Of a DNA stretch of 64,000 nucleotides, positions 60,545 through 64,000 are shown one piece after another (the stretch's first letter is position 1; every line of letters starts with the position of its first letter). The translations under genes were made by a program, and so were the position numbers. The stretch spans positions 1,258 to 65,257 of the forward strand of contig DASYSL010000086.1 of assembly GCA_036003365.1 (NCBI GenBank), written 5' to 3'. A model generated the notes under the pieces. The model ran no database searches. It worked only from the letters and a program-made list of their open reading frames with translations, and was not told the DNA's origin. Source of the stretch: Candidatus Eiseniibacteriota bacterium. GTDB lineage: Bacteria; Eisenbacteria; RBG-16-71-46; DASYSL01.

Positions 60545-62956
60545 TCAATTCATCACCACCAGCTTGGCGAGCGCGGGATGGCCGCCGAAGGCGCCACGCG
60601 CGAAGTAGACGCCGGCGGGCACCGCGACGCCCGAGCTGTTCTTGCCGTCCCACGCCTCTCGATAGGACCCGGCGTTCTTCGTGCCGGAGAGGAGATGACG
60701 GACGAGACGGCCACGCAGATCGTAGATGCCGAGCTCGACCTGCCCCGCTCGCGGCATCGCATAGGCGAACGACACGGGACCGCGCGCCGGATTCGGGGAC
60801 GCGGCGAGCGCCACGCGGCCGGGGAGGCGCGGGTTGGCTGCCACGAACTCCGTCTTCTGCAGCAGGAAGCGAAGCTGTTCCCCTCCGGCCATCACGATAT
60901 CGGGCGCGCCGTCGCCGTTCAGGTCGAGCACGTAGGGCACGCCACCCGCGTCCAGACCGAAATCCTCCTCCTGCGGACCGAACACGAATCCTTCATGGCC
61001 CTGGAGGACGCGCAGCTGCCTGGCGGAGTCGTCGTGGTCGATGAGGTCCACGACGCCGTCGCCGTCGAGGTCGGCGAAGATCGCGCTCGAGGATGTGCTC
61101 CCCGTGAAGGGAATCGCTGAACCCAGAGTGCCGGTCCCGTCACCGGGATACAGCTCGAACCGCAGGTTGGTGGCGTCCCAGACGAGGATGTCCGGCTTGC
61201 CGTCGCCGTCCATATCGCTCACGCCCGCTAGGGTCGCGGGCCCCTGGATCTCGATGACCCCCGGCTCGAAGTACGTCCCCACCATGCCGGGATAGATCAC
61301 GATATGGTTGTCGTCTTCGACGATCGCTTCGGGGTGACTGTCGCCGTTCAGATCGGCGAGCACGAGGCGAAGCGGGAAGTCGGCGGATTGCGGATTCGAC
61401 CGCGCTTCGAGGGCCCCGTTCCCGACGCCGAAATAAGTCGAGATCGAACCCTGCTCCGCGACGACGACGTCGGATGAAGCGTCGGCATTCACCGGCGCCG
61501 TGGCGATGGTGAAGGGATTGTCAGTGGCCGTCAGCTGACTCGGTTGGCCGGCGAAGGTTCCGTCGGTCTGTGCCAGCCAGACCTGCACGGCTCCCCAGGG
61601 ATTGGCGTAGCTCCGCGATTGCAAGACCTCGAGATCGGCCTTGCCGTCATTGTTCATGTCGCGCAATTGCAGATGAATGCCTCCCACCCACGAGATCGAG
61701 AGACGGCTCGGAAGCCCGTCGGGCGAGATGGCATAAGCGTCGACGTAGCCTCCCGAAAGCGCCGCCAGATCGGGATGGCCGTCTCCGTTCATGTCACCGA
61801 ATTCGATCTGAGGATTGGGCCCGTAGGTCGGCACCGCGGCATCCGGCGCCTCGCCCCAGGTACCGTCGCCGTTTCCGTGCGCGACCGCCTGTCCTACGCG
61901 ATCTCCCGCCGTCACGATGTCGAGCTTGCCGTCGCCATCGAAGTCCGCCGCTGCGGCGACCGCCACACTTGTCCAACCGAGTCCAGGAACGACGGAATAG
62001 GAGGCGAATGCAGGCTGAGCCGCGCCCAGGTACAGCCGGACCTGACCCGCACCGCGATCCCAGATCACCAGGTCGTCGTACCCATCCCCATTCCCATCGC
62101 CAACCGCCTGGAGGCTTGGGGTGGCACCGCTGAGGAACGAAATCGGCCCGTACCCTCCCGAGCCGTTGCCAAGCAGCACGGTGATGGCGTTGTCTCCGTC
62201 CACGGCGAGGTCCGTGACGCCGTCCTGATTGAAATCTCCTGACACGACTTTCGTGGCCCCGTAAGAGAAAGCATTGAAAAGCGGGTAGGTTCCATCTCCA
62301 GCACCATAGTAGGTGCGCAAAGCGGTGCTGCCCGCGACCGCGATGTCGAGGGTTCCGTTGCCATCGAGATCGGCAACCACCGCGCTCACCGGGAAAGGCG
62401 GTGCGACCATCGTGGCAGACAAGGAGAAGCTGCCGTCCGCCTGCTGCAAGTAGACCCGTACCTTGGTTTCCGTGTACGTCGCCACGACCAGATCCGTGCG
62501 TCCGTCTCCGTCGAGATCTCCGCACGCGATCGCGTTGGGGTGGCTGGGGGACGCGATCGTCCTGGGCGGCCCGAATCCCCCACTCGCCAGACCGGATCGC
62601 AAGGTCACCGTACTCGTCGCATAGCTCGCGATCACCAGGTCAGCGCGATTGTCTCCGTCCACGCGCGTCAGTGAAACCGCGGTGGGGCTCGATTCCAGCG
62701 TCAAGGTGCCAAACGGCTTCAGGTCGCCCCCGGGCGCGCCGAGAAGCAGCGAGAAGTTGCCCGACGTTCCGTCGCGCGTCAGCACGTCGGGCCAGCCGTC
62801 GCCGTCGACGTCTCCCGTGTACACGCCGACGGTCACGTCGTGGGAAGCCAGAAAGCGGGTGAAACGCGAGGGGAAGTGCACGATGGCCGAGGCCGTGGCC
62901 GGCAGGGCCAGCGCGAGGCAGACCCCCAGAGAGAGAACAGAACGAGGACGACGCAT
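60545..62956 (-). CDS. Secreted FG-GAP/VCBS repeat beta-propeller protein with T9SS/Por-type C-terminal sorting domain.
   Basis: Signal peptide MRRPRSVLSLGVCLALALPATASA. Many 'D.DGDG..D' FG-GAP Ca-binding repeats. C-terminal 'PNPARGPVSFAYAM...LGIYDLRGRLVRHL...GVYFARG...KLVVMN'. Confidence 0.85.
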   Translation of the reverse strand: MRRPRSVLSLGVCLALALPATASAIVHFPSRFTRFLASHDVTVGVYTGDVDGDGWPDVLTRDGTSGNFSLLLGAPGGDLKPFGTLTLESSPTAVSLTRVDGDNRADLVIASYATSTVTLRSGLASGGFGPPRTIASPSHPNAIACGDLDGDGRTDLVVATYTETKVRVYLQQADGSFSLSATMVAPPFPVSAVVADLDGNGTLDIAVAGSTALRTYYGAGDGTYPLFNAFSYGATKVVSGDFNQDGVTDLAVDGDNAITVLLGNGSGGYGPISFLSGATPSLQAVGDGNGDGYDDLVIWDRGAGQVRLYLGAAQPAFASYSVVPGLGWTSVAVAAAADFDGDGKLDIVTAGDRVGQAVAHGNGDGTWGEAPDAAVPTYGPNPQIEFGDMNGDGHPDLAALSGGYVDAYAISPDGLPSRLSISWVGGIHLQLRDMNNDGKADLEVLQSRSYANPWGAVQVWLAQTDGTFAGQPSQLTATDNPFTIATAPVNADASSDVVVAEQGSISTYFGVGNGALEARSNPQSADFPLRLVLADLNGDSHPEAIVEDDNHIVIYPGMVGTYFEPGVIEIQGPATLAGVSDMDGDGKPDILVWDATNLRFELYPGDGTGTLGSAIPFTGSTSSSAIFADLDGDGVVDLIDHDDSARQLRVLQGHEGFVFGPQEEDFGLDAGGVPYVLDLNGDGAPDIVMAGGEQLRFLLQKTEFVAANPRLPGRVALAASPNPARGPVSFAYAMPRAGQVELGIYDLRGRLVRHLLSGTKNAGSYREAWDGKNSSGVAVPAGVYFARGAFGGHPALAKLVVMN

Positions 62957-63217
62957 GAAGGCGGCCTCCACGGGAGGAAAGACTTGGGGCCGGGGGATGG
63001 CCAAGCGCCTCGGGTCGGCGCCGAATCAGTCTAGGACCGCTCGAAGAATGGAGGCAAGTGCTTCCTAGACCGCGCGCTCCAACGCCGGCAGGGCGAAGCC
63101 CATCTCCTCGAGGTTGGCCACCGGCTCGAGGTCGGAGCCGGCGCACGAGTCCAGGATTCGTTGGCGCCCCTTTGATAGGCTTCATCGGTCGCGCAGCTCG
63201 GGGAAGGACGTCTGTCC

Positions 63218-64000
63218 TGTGACGAATCCTCACCGTCGAAAGCACCGTGGAGATGACTCGAAGACGAACCGCTCATTCGTCTTGGGTCTCTTCATCCTGG
63301 CACTTGTGGTTCGTCTCGCGGGCCTGGGTTGGGGCCTTCCCAACCCCGCCGAGGAGGCGTACCCGCTCAAGGTGGCCTGGATCATGTCCGGGCTCTCGGG
63401 CACGGGCGGGTTCACGCTCGATCCCCACTTCTTTCGCTATCCAACCCTGGTCATCTATTTGAACCTGGCGGTGCTCGGGCTGGTTCGCGTCTGTCTCGCC
63501 ATCATCGGACAGGCGACGAACGCGGCGGCCGCCCGCGCGCTCTATCTCAGTGACCCCTCTGTTTTCTTTCTGGCGGCGCGCAGCCTCACGGCGGTCCTCG
63601 GAGCGTTGATCGTCTTGCCGGTCTACCGGATGGCGCGCGTCGCCGGAGGGCACACCGTTGGCGTGGTCGCCGCGGCGCTGGTTGCGCTGAATCCATTCCT
63701 CATCTCGAAGTCACAGATGGTGGACGTGGACGTGCCCATGACGCTTCTCGTGACGCTCTGTCTGGCTCAGAGCGTCGCCATCGCGTACGGACCACAGCCG
63801 CCGAGGACTCGGGCCACCTTGCTCGCCGGTGCCACTGCCGGTCTCGCGGCCTCGGCCAAGTATCCGGGCGCGCTGGTGATGCTCCCGTTGATCATGGCGA
63901 TCGCGTGGCGAACGAAGAGTATTCGAGCCACCGTGCTTCATGCCTCTTTCGCCATGGTCGCCGCCTTGTGTGCTTTCGCTCTGACCTCACCATTCGTGTT
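63218..64000 (+). CDS. GT39/ArnT-like dolichyl-phosphate-mannose protein mannosyltransferase family glycosyltransferase, 5' partial within the window. The frame differs from track ORF 63247..63462. Putative GTG start about 63218, give or take a few nt.
   Basis: Frame reads '...FVLGLFILALVVRLAGLGWGLPNPAEEAYPLKVAWIMSGLSGTGGF...FFRYPTLVIYLNLAVLGL...' with multiple TM helices. It runs to the window end without a stop. Confidence 0.65.

Overview
This is a roughly 70% GC bacterial chromosomal window that is almost fully coding, with most genes on the minus strand. Its repertoire is consistent with a Gemmatimonadota or other FCB-group organism. That is an inference from four secreted proteins carrying a T9SS/Por-type C-terminal sorting domain, not a database result.

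Housekeeping genes recognised from motifs:
- ppdK, pepN, ilvC, priA, tmk, nadE, rsmI, ltaE, dus
- a myo-inositol-1-phosphate synthase and two CDP-alcohol phosphatidyltransferases
- larB and larC
- an M16 peptidase pair, an S8 protease, asparaginase, a class III aminotransferase, CtpA and an HU protein

Stretches worth a second look:
- An operon at 24196-29722 of two paralogous large lipoproteins plus a Cys-rich protein with the sorting domain. It lies next to a 1420-aa secreted giant (30147-34409) that has a 570-bp lower-GC leader and structured downstream RNA elements.
- A four-gene c-di-GMP/two-component cluster at 53912-60344. It holds two paralogous GAF-histidine kinase-GAF proteins with differently degenerate HD-GYP domains, a REC-GG(D)DF regulator and a single REC protein.
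- A metE split into separate N-like and C-like tandem genes (14234-16227).
- larB and larC embedded with dus and a fused double-ATPase ABC gene, with no larA or larE in the window.
- A lower-GC DUF222/HNH endonuclease gene that looks horizontally acquired.

Many adjacent genes are coupled by 4-nt start/stop overlaps (GTGA, TTGA, ATGA, TGATG).

Caveats. The supplied ORF track treats GTG and TTG as M and reports the longest ORF, so several track ORFs are fusion artifacts that I split. Start codons are approximate to about 30 nt in several cases. No tRNA, rRNA, CRISPR or intact mobile element was recognised.
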